From: Rhynchopus sp. YZ270_cl-10
Taxonomy: Eukaryota
NCBI GenBank assembly: GCA_964035575.1
Contig: OZ037847.1
Location: 1,674,001-1,731,407 of the forward strand
Direction: 5' to 3'
Length of the DNA: 57,407 nucleotides
Below, piece by piece: positions 45,501-57,407 of this stretch. The translations under genes and the position numbers were made by a program. The notes under the pieces are model-generated. The model was given only the letters and a program-made list of their open reading frames with translations, was not told the DNA's origin and did not search any database. Numbering within the stretch: position 1 is the stretch's first letter; every line of letters starts with the position of its first letter.

Positions 45501-48500
45501 ATTTTTCGAAATATTTCACTAAACTTTTGCTTATCAGAAAGTGACTTTTTTGGGTACATCGTGCAGTTTGGGGATATTGAGGCGGAAAAAAAAATATTAA
45601 GACAGTCCTGTTCAAAAATTGCTTTAGTAAATGACACTTGGCATTATGCCAAAATCAGCATTTTTGCCTTGAAAAACCTAAAAAATCACATGTAATGTGT
45701 GGTGGTCAAAAGTGCACGATTCCTTCGTTAATGCATTTTTTGAGTACCAGTTATATCTGGGGAATATAGTCAGATCACTCTTCAGACCAGCTGGCGTTTA
45801 CCACAAAAACACTACTTTTTCAACAGGCCACTTTTCGCCTGAAGAGCCACTTAAGGCAGGCACCACCAGCCAGCCAGTTTCCATGAGCGGCAGAACTGGA
45901 ATGTGCGTATTGGGCAGTGAAACTGCCGAGTACGCACACTCCAGTTCAGAAAAAAATCCTAAAAAACCTTAGTTTTTTAGTTTTTACTTTAGGCCGTGCG
46001 CCACCCACACCCACCCCCGCACACACCCACCCCCACACACCCACACACCCACACACCCACACACACACACCCCCTCACCACAGGTGGATTTTTCGAAATA
46101 TTTCACTAAACTTTTGCTTATCAGAAAGTGACTTTTTTGGGTACATCGTGCAGTTTGGGGATATTGAGGCGGAAAAAAAAATATTAAGACAGTCCTGTTC
46201 AAAAATTGCTTTAGTAAATGACACTTGGCATTATGCCAAAATCAGCATTTTTGCCTTGAAAAACCTAAAAAATCACATGTAATGTGTGGTGGTCAAAAGT
46301 GCACGATTCCTTCGTTAATGCATTTTTTGAGTACCAGTTATATCTGGGGAATATAGTCAGATCACTCTTCAGACCAGCTGGCGTTTACCACAAAAACACT
46401 ACTTTTTCAACAGGCCACTTTTCGCCTGAAGAGCCACTTAAGGCAGGCACCACCAGCCAGCCAGTTTCCATGAGCGGCAGAACTGGAATGTGCGTATTGG
46501 GCAGTGAAACTGCCGAGTACGCACACTCCAGTTCAGAAAAAAATCCTAAAAAACCTTAGTTTTTTAGTTTTTACTTTAGGCCGTGCGCCACCCACACCCA
46601 CCCCCGCACACACCCACCCCCACACACCCACACACCCACACACCCACACACACACACCCCCTCACCACAGGTGGATTTTTCGAAATATTTCACTAAACTT
46701 TTGCTTATCAGAAAGTGACTTTTTTGGGTACATCGTGCAGTTTGGGGATATTGAGGCGGAAAAAAAAATATTAAGACAGTCCTGTTCAAAAATTGCTTTA
46801 GTAAATGACACTTGGCATTATGCCAAAATCAGCATTTTTGCCTTGAAAAACCTAAAAAATCACATGTAATGTGTGGTGGTCAAAAGTGCACGATTCCTTC
46901 GTTAATGCATTTTTTGAGTACCAGTTATATCTGGGGAATATAGTCAGATCACTCTTCAGACCAGCTGGCGTTTACCACAAAAACACTACTTTTTCAACAG
47001 GCCACTTTTCGCCTGAAGAGCCACTTAAGGCAGGCACCACCAGCCAGCCAGTTTCCATGAGCGGCAGAACTGGAATGTGCGTATTGGGCAGTGAAACTGC
47101 CGAGTACGCACACTCCAGTTCAGAAAAAAATCCTAAAAAACCTTAGTTTTTTAGTTTTTACTTTAGGCCGTGCGCCACCCACACCCACCCCCGCACACAC
47201 CCACCCCCACACACCCACACACCCACACACCCACACACACACACCCCCTCACCACAGGTGGATTTTTCGAAATATTTCACTAAACTTTTGCTTATCAGAA
47301 AGTGACTTTTTTGGGTACATCGTGCAGTTTGGGGATATTGAGGCGGAAAAAAAAATATTAAGACAGTCCTGTTCAAAAATTGCTTTAGTAAATGACACTT
47401 GGCATTATGCCAAAATCAGCATTTTTGCCTTGAAAAACCTAAAAAATCACATGTAATGTGTGGTGGTCAAAAGTGCACGATTCCTTCGTTAATGCATTTT
47501 TTGAGTACCAGTTATATCTGGGGAATATAGTCAGATCACTCTTCAGACCAGCTGGCGTTTACCACAAAAACACTACTTTTTCAACAGGCCACTTTTCGCC
47601 TGAAGAGCCACTTAAGGCAGGCACCACCAGCCAGCCAGTTTCCATGAGCGGCAGAACTGGAATGTGCGTATTGGGCAGTGAAACTGCCGAGTACGCACAC
47701 TCCAGTTCAGAAAAAAATCCTAAAAAACCTTAGTTTTTTAGTTTTTACTTTAGGCCGTGCGCCACCCACACCCACCCCCGCACACACCCACCCCCACACA
47801 CCCACACACCCACACACCCACACACACACACCCCCTCACCACAGGTGGATTTTTCGAAATATTTCACTAAACTTTTGCTTATCAGAAAGTGACTTTTTTG
47901 GGTACATCGTGCAGTTTGGGGATATTGAGGCGGAAAAAAAAATATTAAGACAGTCCTGTTCAAAAATTGCTTTAGTAAATGACACTTGGCATTATGCCAA
48001 AATCAGCATTTTTGCCTTGAAAAACCTAAAAAATCACATGTAATGTGTGGTGGTCAAAAGTGCACGATTCCTTCGTTAATGCATTTTTTGAGTACCAGTT
48101 ATATCTGGGGAATATAGTCAGATCACTCTTCAGACCAGCTGGCGTTTACCACAAAAACACTACTTTTTCAACAGGCCACTTTTCGCCTGAAGAGCCACTT
48201 AAGGCAGGCACCACCAGCCAGCCAGTTTCCATGAGCGGCAGAACTGGAATGTGCGTATTGGGCAGTGAAACTGCCGAGTACGCACACTCCAGTTCAGAAA
48301 AAAATCCTAAAAAACCTTAGTTTTTTAGTTTTTACTTTAGGCCGTGCGCCACCCACACCCACCCCCGCACACACCCACCCCCACACACCCACACACCCAC
48401 ACACCCACACACACACACCCCCTCACCACAGGTGGATTTTTCGAAATATTTCACTAAACTTTTGCTTATCAGAAAGTGACTTTTTTGGGTACATCGTGCA

Positions 48501-51500
48501 GTTTGGGGATATTGAGGCGGAAAAAAAAATATTAAGACAGTCCTGTTCAAAAATTGCTTTAGTAAATGACACTTGGCATTATGCCAAAATCAGCATTTTT
48601 GCCTTGAAAAACCTAAAAAATCACATGTAATGTGTGGTGGTCAAAAGTGCACGATTCCTTCGTTAATGCATTTTTTGAGTACCAGTTATATCTGGGGAAT
48701 ATAGTCAGATCACTCTTCAGACCAGCTGGCGTTTACCACAAAAACACTACTTTTTCAACAGGCCACTTTTCGCCTGAAGAGCCACTTAAGGCAGGCACCA
48801 CCAGCCAGCCAGTTTCCATGAGCGGCAGAACTGGAATGTGCGTATTGGGCAGTGAAACTGCCGAGTACGCACACTCCAGTTCAGAAAAAAATCCTAAAAA
48901 ACCTTAGTTTTTTAGTTTTTACTTTAGGCCGTGCGCCACCCACACCCACCCCCGCACACACCCACCCCCACACACCCACACACCCACACACCCACACACA
49001 CACACCCCCTCACCACAGGTGGATTTTTCGAAATATTTCACTAAACTTTTGCTTATCAGAAAGTGACTTTTTTGGGTACATCGTGCAGTTTGGGGATATT
49101 GAGGCGGAAAAAAAAATATTAAGACAGTCCTGTTCAAAAATTGCTTTAGTAAATGACACTTGGCATTATGCCAAAATCAGCATTTTTGCCTTGAAAAACC
49201 TAAAAAATCACATGTAATGTGTGGTGGTCAAAAGTGCACGATTCCTTCGTTAATGCATTTTTTGAGTACCAGTTATATCTGGGGAATATAGTCAGATCAC
49301 TCTTCAGACCAGCTGGCGTTTACCACAAAAACACTACTTTTTCAACAGGCCACTTTTCGCCTGAAGAGCCACTTAAGGCAGGCACCACCAGCCAGCCAGT
49401 TTCCATGAGCGGCAGAACTGGAATGTGCGTATTGGGCAGTGAAACTGCCGAGTACGCACACTCCAGTTCAGAAAAAAATCCTAAAAAACCTTAGTTTTTT
49501 AGTTTTTACTTTAGGCCGTGCGCCACCCACACCCACCCCCGCACACACCCACCCCCACACACCCACACACCCACACACCCACACACACACACCCCCTCAC
49601 CACAGGTGGATTTTTCGAAATATTTCACTAAACTTTTGCTTATCAGAAAGTGACTTTTTTGGGTACATCGTGCAGTTTGGGGATATTGAGGCGGAAAAAA
49701 AAATATTAAGACAGTCCTGTTCAAAAATTGCTTTAGTAAATGACACTTGGCATTATGCCAAAATCAGCATTTTTGCCTTGAAAAACCTAAAAAATCACAT
49801 GTAATGTGTGGTGGTCAAAAGTGCACGATTCCTTCGTTAATGCATTTTTTGAGTACCAGTTATATCTGGGGAATATAGTCAGATCACTCTTCAGACCAGC
49901 TGGCGTTTACCACAAAAACACTACTTTTTCAACAGGCCACTTTTCGCCTGAAGAGCCACTTAAGGCAGGCACCACCAGCCAGCCAGTTTCCATGAGCGGC
50001 AGAACTGGAATGTGCGTATTGGGCAGTGAAACTGCCGAGTACGCACACTCCAGTTCAGAAAAAAATCCTAAAAAACCTTAGTTTTTTAGTTTTTACTTTA
50101 GGCCGTGCGCCACCCACACCCACCCCCGCACACACCCACCCCCACACACCCACACACCCACACACCCACACACACACACCCCCTCACCACAGGTGGATTT
50201 TTCGAAATATTTCACTAAACTTTTGCTTATCAGAAAGTGACTTTTTTGGGTACATCGTGCAGTTTGGGGATATTGAGGCGGAAAAAAAAATATTAAGACA
50301 GTCCTGTTCAAAAATTGCTTTAGTAAATGACACTTGGCATTATGCCAAAATCAGCATTTTTGCCTTGAAAAACCTAAAAAATCACATGTAATGTGTGGTG
50401 GTCAAAAGTGCACGATTCCTTCGTTAATGCATTTTTTGAGTACCAGTTATATCTCTTTTTCAACAGGCCACTTTTCGCCTGAAGAGCCACTTAAGGCAGG
50501 CACCACCAGCCAGCCAGTTTCCATGAGCGGCAGAACTGGAATGTGCGTATTGGGCAGTGAAACTGCCGAGTACGCACACTCCAGTTCAGAAAAAAATCCT
50601 AAAAAACCTTAGTTTTTTAGTTTTTACTTTAGGCCGTGCGCCACCCACACCCACCCCCGCACACACCCACCCCCACACACCCACACACCCACACACCCAC
50701 ACACACACACCCCCTCACCACAGGTGGATTTTTCGAAATATTTCACTAAACTTTTGCTTATCAGAAAGTGACTTTTTTGGGTACATCGTGCAGTTTGGGG
50801 ATATTGAGGCGGAAAAAAAAATATTAAGACAGTCCTGTTCAAAAATTGCTTTAGTAAATGACACTTGGCATTATGCCAAAATCAGCATTTTTGCCTTGAA
50901 AAACCTAAAAAATCACATGTAATGTGTGGTGGTCAAAAGTGCACGATTCCTTCGTTAATGCATTTTTTGAGTACCAGTTATATCTGGGGAATATAGTCAG
51001 ATCACTCTTCAGACCAGCTGGCGTTTACCACAAAAACACTACTTTTTCAACAGGCCACTTTTCGCCTGAAGAGCCACTTAAGGCAGGCACCACCAGCCAG
51101 CCAGTTTCCATGAGCGGCAGAACTGGAATGTGCGTATTGGGCAGTGAAACTGCCGAGTACGCACACTCCAGTTCAGAAAAAAATCCTAAAAAACCTTAGT
51201 TTTTTAGTTTTTACTTTAGGCCGTGCGCCACCCACACCCACCCCCGCACACACCCACCCCCACACACCCACACACCCACACACACACACCCCCTCACCAC
51301 AGGTGGATTTTTCGAAATATTTCACTAAACTTTTGCTTATCAGAAAGTGACTTTTTTGGGTACATCGTGCAGTTTGGGGATATTGAGGCGGAAAAAAAAA
51401 TATTAAGACAGTCCTGTTCAAAAATTGCTTTAGTAAATGACACTTGGCATTATGCCAAAATCAGCATTTTTGCCTTGAAAAACCTAAAAAATCACATGTA

Positions 51501-52708
51501 ATGTGTGGTGGTCAAAAGTGCACGATTCCTTCGTTAATGCATTTTTTGAGTACCAGTTATATCTGGGGAATATAGTCAGATCACTATTCAGACCAGCTGG
51601 CGTTTACCACAAAAACACTACTTTTTCAACAGGCCACTTTTCGCCTGAAGAGCCACTTAAGGCAGGCACCACCAGCCAGCCAGTTTCCATGAGCGGCAGA
51701 ACTGGAATGTGCGTATTGGGCAGTGAAACTGCCGAGTACGCACACTCCAGTTCAGAAAAAAATCCTAAAAAACCTTAGTTTTTTAGTTTTTACTTTAGGC
51801 CGTGCGCCACCCACACCCACCCCCGCACACACCCACCCCCACACACCCACACACCCACACACCCACACACACACACCCCCTCACCACAGGTGGATTTTTC
51901 GAAATATTTCACTAAACTTTTGCTTATCAGAAAGTGACTTTTTTGGGTACATCGTGCAGTTTGGGGATATTGAGGCGGAAAAAAAAATATTAAGACAGTC
52001 CTGTTCAAAAATTGCTTTAGTAAATGACACTTGGCATTATGCCAAAATCAGCATTTTTGCCTTGAAAAACCTAAAAAATCACATGTAATGTGTGGTGGTC
52101 AAAAGTGCACGATTCCTTCGTTAATGCATTTTTTGAGTACCAGTTATATCTGGGGAATATAGTCAGATCACTCTTCAGACCAGCTGGCGTTTACCACAAA
52201 AACACTACTTTTTCAACAGGCCACTTTTCGCCTGAAGAGCCACTTAAGGCAGGCACCACCAGCCAGCCAGTTTCCATGAGCGGCAGAACTGGAATGTGCG
52301 TATTGGGCAGTGAAACTGCCGAGTACGCACACTCCAGTTCAGAAAAAAATCCTAAAAAACCTTAGTTTTTTAGTTTTTACTTTAGGCCGTGCGCCACCCA
52401 CACCCACCCCCGCACACACCCACCCCCACACACCCACACACCCACACACCCACACACACACACCCCCTCACCACAGGTGGATTTTTCGAAATATTTCACT
52501 AAACTTTTGCTTATCAGAAAGTGACTTTTTTGGGTACATCGTGCAGTTTGGGGATATTGAGGCGGAAAAAAAAATATTAAGACAGTCCTGTTCAAAAATT
52601 GCTTTAGTAAATGACACTTGGCATTATGCCAAAATCAGCATTTTTGCCTTGAAAAACCTAAAAAATCACATGTAATGTGTGGTGGTCAAAAGTGCACGAT
52701 TCCTTCGT
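36581..52708 (+). repeat. Satellite A: 587-bp tandem array, 27 full units plus a 359-bp partial unit
   Basis: Unit starts at 36581, 37168, 37747, 38326, then every 587 bp to 50066, then 50597, 51184, 51763, 52350. Units 2, 3 and 26 are 579 bp; unit 24 is 531 bp. Confidence 0.99.
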
Positions 52709-54377
52709 AACGACAGGTTTTTTAGCCCGTCACCAAATCGATTTTTTTAAATCCTAAAAAACCTTAGTTTTTTAGTCTTTACTATAGAGATGTGCGCCAC
52801 CCACACCACACACACTACACACCCACACACAGCACACCCACACACACCCACACACACACACACACACACCCCCTCACCACCAGAGGGGATTTGACCAAAA
52901 AATCGATTTTTTTAAATAAATAGTTGCTCATCCAAAAGTGAATTTTTTGGGCTTAACGTGTTGTTTGGGGGTATTGAGGCCCAAAAAAAAATTTTTTTTC
53001 AGTCGTGTTCAGAAATTGGACTGCCAAATGACATGTGGCATTCGGCCAAAAATCAGCTTTTTTGGTCATTTTTACCTTGTAAAACATGACACTTGTGGCA
53101 TGCTTCCCAGCACAGGAAAGTGCATTGAAAAACCTGAAAAAACACATGTAATATGTGATGGTCAAAAGTGCAAGATTCCTTCGTTAATGAACATTTTGAG
53201 TACCAGTTATACCTGGGGAATATGGTCAGATCACTCTTTTGACCGTCTGGCGTTTACCACAAAAACACCACTTTTTACAGGCCACTTTACAGGCCAGTTC
53301 GTGAAGGCACGAGTGAGGTTTTTTTGTACACGTTACCGTGAGCGGGCGCGCGAAGCGCGCACGCGAACGCCCCGCGGGAAGCGAATAGCTGACCGCCTGC
53401 CCAGTGTGTGAGGTCCTTACAAAAAAAACCACCTGTAAAAAAAGGTGAGGTCCTCATCACGTTTCCATGGAAGTGTCACACAAGAACGACAGGTTTTTTA
53501 GCCCGTCACCAAATCGATTTTTTTAAATCCTAAAAAACCTTAGTTTTTTAGTCTTTACTATAGAGATGTGCGCCACCCACACCACACACACTACACACCC
53601 ACACACAGCACACCCACACACACCCACACACACACACACACACACCCCCTCACCACCAGAGGGGATTTGACCAAAAAATCGATTTTTTTAAATAAATAGT
53701 TGCTCATCCAAAAGTGAATTTTTTGGGCTTAACGTGTTGTTTGGGGGTATTGAGGCCCAAAAAAAAATTTTTTTTCAGTCGTGTTCAGAAATTGGACTGC
53801 CAAATGACATGTGGCATTCGGCCAAAAATCCTAAAAAACCTTAGTTTTTTAGTCTTTACTATAGAGATGTGCGCCACCCACACCACACACACTACACACC
53901 CACACACAGCACACCCACACACACCCACACACACACACACACACACCCCCTCACCACCAGGGGGATTTGACCAAAAAATCGATTTTTTTAAATAAATAGT
54001 TGCTCATCCAAAAGTGAATTTTTTGGGCTTAACGTGTTGTTTGGGGGTATTGAGGCCCAAAAAAAAATTTTTTTTCAGTCGTGTTCAGAAATTGGACTGC
54101 CAAATGACATGTGGCATTCGGCCAAAAATCAGCTTTTTTGGTCATTTTTACCTTGTAAAACATGACACTTGTGGCATGCTTCCCAGTACAGGAAAGTGCA
54201 TTGAAAAACCTGAAAAAACACATGTAATATGTGATGGTCAAAAGTGCAAGATTCCTTCGTTAATGAACTTTTTGAGTACCAGTTATACCTGGGGAATATG
54301 GTCAGATCACTCTTTTGACCATCTGGCGTTTACGACAAAAACACCACTTTTTAACAGGGCACTTTACAGGCACGAGT
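52709..54377 (+). repeat. Satellite B: ~776-bp unit related to satellite A; one full unit, one ~300-bp truncated unit and one interrupted unit
   Basis: Identical blocks at 52938, 53714 and 54014. Shares the 5' ~450 bp with satellite A in diverged form and has a different 3' tail. Confidence 0.93.
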
Positions 54378-54439
54378 CCACACTGGTGTAGAGGTGGAGA
54401 GCCAGGTGTGCGATGTGATACGGGTGTATGCAGCTATTT

Positions 54440-54965
54440 AGACGTACAACACAGCAGAAGCCACAATTACAACAGTCCCAGCAACAGCAGCAGCAGCGAT
54501 AGCAGCAGCAGCAGCAGCAACCGCAACAGCAGCAGCACCAGCAACAACACCGGCAGCAACACCATCAGAGGCTACAACAGCAGCATCAACAGCAACTTTA
54601 GCAGTAGCTACAGTAACAGCAACAACAGCAGCACCAGTGATAGCAGCAGCAGCAGCAGCAACTGCAACAACAGCAGCACCAGCAGCAGCACCAGCAGCAG
54701 CACCAGCAGCAACACCATCAGAGGCCACAACAGCAGCAACAACAACAACATTAGCAGTAACGGCAGTAACAGCTACAACAGCAGCACCAGTGATAGCAGC
54801 AGCAGTAGCAGCAAATGCAACAACAGCAGCACCAGCGGCAGCACCAGCAGCAACACCAGCAGCAACACCATCAGAGGCTACAACAGCAGCAACAACAGCA
54901 GCAGCTGCAACCGCAACAACAGCAACACCTTCAGAGACTACAACAGCAGCAACTCCAACAACAGC
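54440..54965 (+). repeat. AGC/AAC-rich degenerate minisatellite (~140-bp higher-order period marked by AACACCATCAGAGG)
   Basis: Encodes a Ser/Asn-rich tract in the retroelement frame. Confidence 0.85.
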
Positions 54966-54986
54966 CCACATGGTGACAGCGGAGGT

Positions 54987-57407
54987 ATGCTGGTGTTCTG
55001 GGGCAGCCTTGTGGGGCCTGAAACTTTAGGTGGCTGTGTGTCGATGCGTATGTGGAGTACTGTTCTCACCCCCAATGTTCACATGGGGCGTGCAGAACAT
55101 GGGCTTGGGTTTGACTGGTGGAGCATCCTCTGGGAACGCCTTTCTTCTCTTCGCCGACCAGACCCCCGCTGGGTAGCCGAGGCACCTGAGTGGGGTGTGT
55201 TTGTGTCGTTTGCAGTCCTCGATCTGTGGAAGGACAGACGTGCCCCTACCCTCAGTCATTACATTTTGTGGCTGATGCGTAGGAGGACCAGGAAGACGCG
55301 ACGGGGGTACAGGTCCTTGAACTGGATCAAGACGCAGGCAGGCAAGCTCCATCGGCGCAAGGCGCACACTCGTCCGCCCTCTCCGGTTGCACGCCTTTTT
55401 CTGAGCGCACTGTGCCGAGTGCGAAGGGAGTGGCGCCTGTTGAGGCTTGCGGTGTCGCTGGTCGGATCTGCGATCCAGGCTGATGGCCCGCTACTCTGGA
55501 TCGGGATGTCCCTACTGGTCTTGCTGTCGCTGTTGTGGCGAGCGGTGACGCCCTGGGACCTGCGCCCACCAACACCTCGATTTGTGAAAGTTGAGGAGGC
55601 CGCCCATTGGGATGACGAGGTTGCTCACCTGGCAGAGGATGTGGGTGATGAGGAGGTCGCTGTATGGGATGATGAGTTCGTGGAAGGTGACGACGACTGG
55701 GCTTGGGGATTGCGCGATGAGGTTGACGACTGGGAGTTCCCTGAGGAATACATCCCGCACGACCAGTTAGTTGGTGGATGTGCCGATGCAACGCTGTCCG
55801 CGACATACGGAGATCATGCTCTGGAAGTGGACAGAATCCTGGGGGAAGCCCATGCCCTACGTGTACCAAATAATTTTGTACACGACTGCAGCCTAGCGGC
55901 CATTCACGCATCGGGTTGGCGCTCCGCTCCGCCGTCCTACTCCACCGACCGGAAAGACATCGGCGACTTGGCGGTAACGCTAGAACGTGCGATGAGGAGT
56001 GTCCTCAAGTCCGGCGATGCGCTCACTCGTTGGATTGATGGGGTCAGAGGATCTGCAAAGTTGGACCACCTTGCCCTGCGTCTCTTCGCGGTGAGGCGCA
56101 ACCTCAACATCGTCATCGTTCAGGCTGGAGCGACCCCGATCGTCCTGATCGCGCCAGGTGAGGGGAACATAAAGAACGAGGAAAAGCGCGCCAAGGAGTT
56201 GATGGGTCGCACGACGGTAGCCGTGGCGCTGTGCAATGGCCATTACGAGGCTATCCGTCCGGTAGATGAGAGGGACTTTCGGGACATATCGTCGGCCTTG
56301 CTGAAGAAAGCGGTCAGAGCGAAGCTGAACCCCTTGGCCCTGGACCAGTGCCCGTTGTCTACATCGGACCCCTCGGGTGAGGATCTGGAATCCTGTCTTG
56401 GTAAACCGGAGGAGGACTTCTGCTTTTGCCCAGTGGAGGGATGCAAGGGTGGCATAGTTTCACAATCAGATGTGAAGTCGTTCACACGGTCCGGCCTCCT
56501 AAATCATTTGAAGCTCCATACGAGAGCGGCTGAGTACATTCCAGATCACATCTTGTCCTACTTCGGTTTTAGGAGATGCGTCGGAGACGAGTGCACGGCC
56601 CTCCTACAACGTTCACAGAGCGCGTGCCAGGCGTGTTCGGCTATAATGAAAGAGGTACCAGCCCCATCCATAGACAACCGCCTCCGCGGCGCCCGCCCCG
56701 CTGGCATGCCCTCTTTGCAGGAGATTGGGACCACACGGTTCAAGCTGAAAGGAACCTGCCCACCTGACCTGGCCCACCGCTACACCCTCATCTTCCAGAG
56801 GGTACTGCAGGAGATCCTGGTGCATCAGGACCCTTGTGCCTGGACGAAGTTTGCCCTGTTCTTCACTGTCTTACACAGGGACCGTGCGCACGGACGCAGG
56901 ACGAAGGTAACAGATCGACGTTGTTTCAACTCCTGGAAAAAGGACCTGGATAGGTGGGACGCTGGGAGCTGGGGGGAGCTTTGGTCCAACGCTTTGGATG
57001 AGGTACAGGACCAGCCTGTGTGGACACCAGGGGACACTTTGGAGGCGCGCCAGAAACGCTCCCGTTTGAAGGCAGCAACGGGACTTCCGGGCCAGGCCCT
57101 GACAGCCCTCACCAGTGACGGACTCGCACCACATGGACCCGCAACTCTGGAGAAGCTGAAGGGCAAACACCCCACGGAGATCCGATCGGTTATGCATGAG
57201 AATGTGAGGAACCCCTCTGGGCCCGCCGATTTCACCACCAAGGAGGTTATGGAAGCAATCAGCAGCATGCCGCGAGCCACTGCAGGTGGTCCGTCAAACC
57301 TGACAGGATCACTCCTCCGTGTCCTGTGCAACCAGAAGCATACCCCTGGCACGCTCGCTGCTCTAACGAAGGTGTTGTCCTCATTGGCACAAGGCAAAGC
57401 TCACCGA
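54987..57407 (+). CDS. Retrotransposon polyprotein, 3'-partial: OTU-like domain, zinc fingers, start of RT
   Basis: First in-frame ATG at 54987; no stop before the window end, which probably explains its absence from the ORF track. Confidence 0.8.
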   Translation, partial: MLVFWGSLVGPETLGGCVSMRMWSTVLTPNVHMGRAEHGLGFDWWSILWERLSSLRRPDPRWVAEAPEWGVFVSFAVLDLWKDRRAPTLSHYILWLMRRRTRKTRRGYRSLNWIKTQAGKLHRRKAHTRPPSPVARLFLSALCRVRREWRLLRLAVSLVGSAIQADGPLLWIGMSLLVLLSLLWRAVTPWDLRPPTPRFVKVEEAAHWDDEVAHLAEDVGDEEVAVWDDEFVEGDDDWAWGLRDEVDDWEFPEEYIPHDQLVGGCADATLSATYGDHALEVDRILGEAHALRVPNNFVHDCSLAAIHASGWRSAPPSYSTDRKDIGDLAVTLERAMRSVLKSGDALTRWIDGVRGSAKLDHLALRLFAVRRNLNIVIVQAGATPIVLIAPGEGNIKNEEKRAKELMGRTTVAVALCNGHYEAIRPVDERDFRDISSALLKKAVRAKLNPLALDQCPLSTSDPSGEDLESCLGKPEEDFCFCPVEGCKGGIVSQSDVKSFTRSGLLNHLKLHTRAAEYIPDHILSYFGFRRCVGDECTALLQRSQSACQACSAIMKEVPAPSIDNRLRGARPAGMPSLQEIGTTRFKLKGTCPPDLAHRYTLIFQRVLQEILVHQDPCAWTKFALFFTVLHRDRAHGRRTKVTDRRCFNSWKKDLDRWDAGSWGELWSNALDEVQDQPVWTPGDTLEARQKRSRLKAATGLPGQALTALTSDGLAPHGPATLEKLKGKHPTEIRSVMHENVRNPSGPADFTTKEVMEAISSMPRATAGGPSNLTGSLLRVLCNQKHTPGTLAALTKVLSSLAQGKAHR

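Larger units (their letters stand above)
54378..57407 (+). mobile_element. CRE-like non-LTR retrotransposon, probably 5'-truncated, running off the window
   Basis: Manual translation shows a stop-free frame from 54276 to 57407. It contains a zinc finger CPVEGC...NHLKLH, then PSLQEI, RWDAGSWGELW, GQALTALTSDGLAP, LKGKHP and RT region-0 EVMEAISSMPRATAGGPS. Confidence 0.82.

Noticed and set aside
36581..52708. Recurrent 68-121 aa ORFs in every satellite unit
   Set aside because: They have non-ATG starts, low complexity and AT-rich non-coding composition, and unit indels shift their frames. They are repeat artefacts.
36581..54377. Spliced-leader RNA or 5S rRNA gene array
   Set aside because: No CAGTTTCTGTACT-type SL exon core and no 5S-like sequence recognised. 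An Infernal scan would be decisive.
54438..55029. Ala/Val-rich minus-strand ORF and Ala/Thr-rich mucin-like plus-strand ORF
   Set aside because: Both are alternative frames of the AGC-rich minisatellite. The frame continuous with the retroelement protein is the Ser/Asn one.

Overview
Eukaryotic nuclear DNA, most likely a diplonemid-type euglenozoan. This is inferred from 11 protein genes all on the + strand, short GTATG...CAG introns with CA-rich acceptors, a kinetoplastid-like 2-oxoglutarate dehydrogenase, and TATE/VIPER- and CRE-like retroelements. The first ~31 kb is a unidirectional gene cluster: coiled-coil protein, glutaredoxin, MYST acetyltransferase, PUF-repeat protein, OGDH E1, AAAP amino-acid transporter, vWA-UBA-RING-IBR protein, LVIVD beta-propeller, a REase-like protein and two hypothetical proteins. 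It carries a TTAA-flanked piggyBac-type non-autonomous element and an hAT deletion derivative with an intact 8-bp TSD. From 31.6 kb the window is repeat-rich. It contains inverted (GGGTTTGC)n arrays around a 13-bp minisatellite, a 200-N gap, and a tyrosine-recombinase retrotransposon with YR upstream of RT-RNaseH. A ~16-kb near-perfect 587-bp satellite with a 26-bp hairpin in each unit is nested in a related ~776-bp satellite. The window ends in a >3.1-kb open frame missing from the ORF track: a CRE-like non-LTR retrotransposon with an apparent OTU-like protease domain. All domain calls are from motif recognition by eye; no searches were run.
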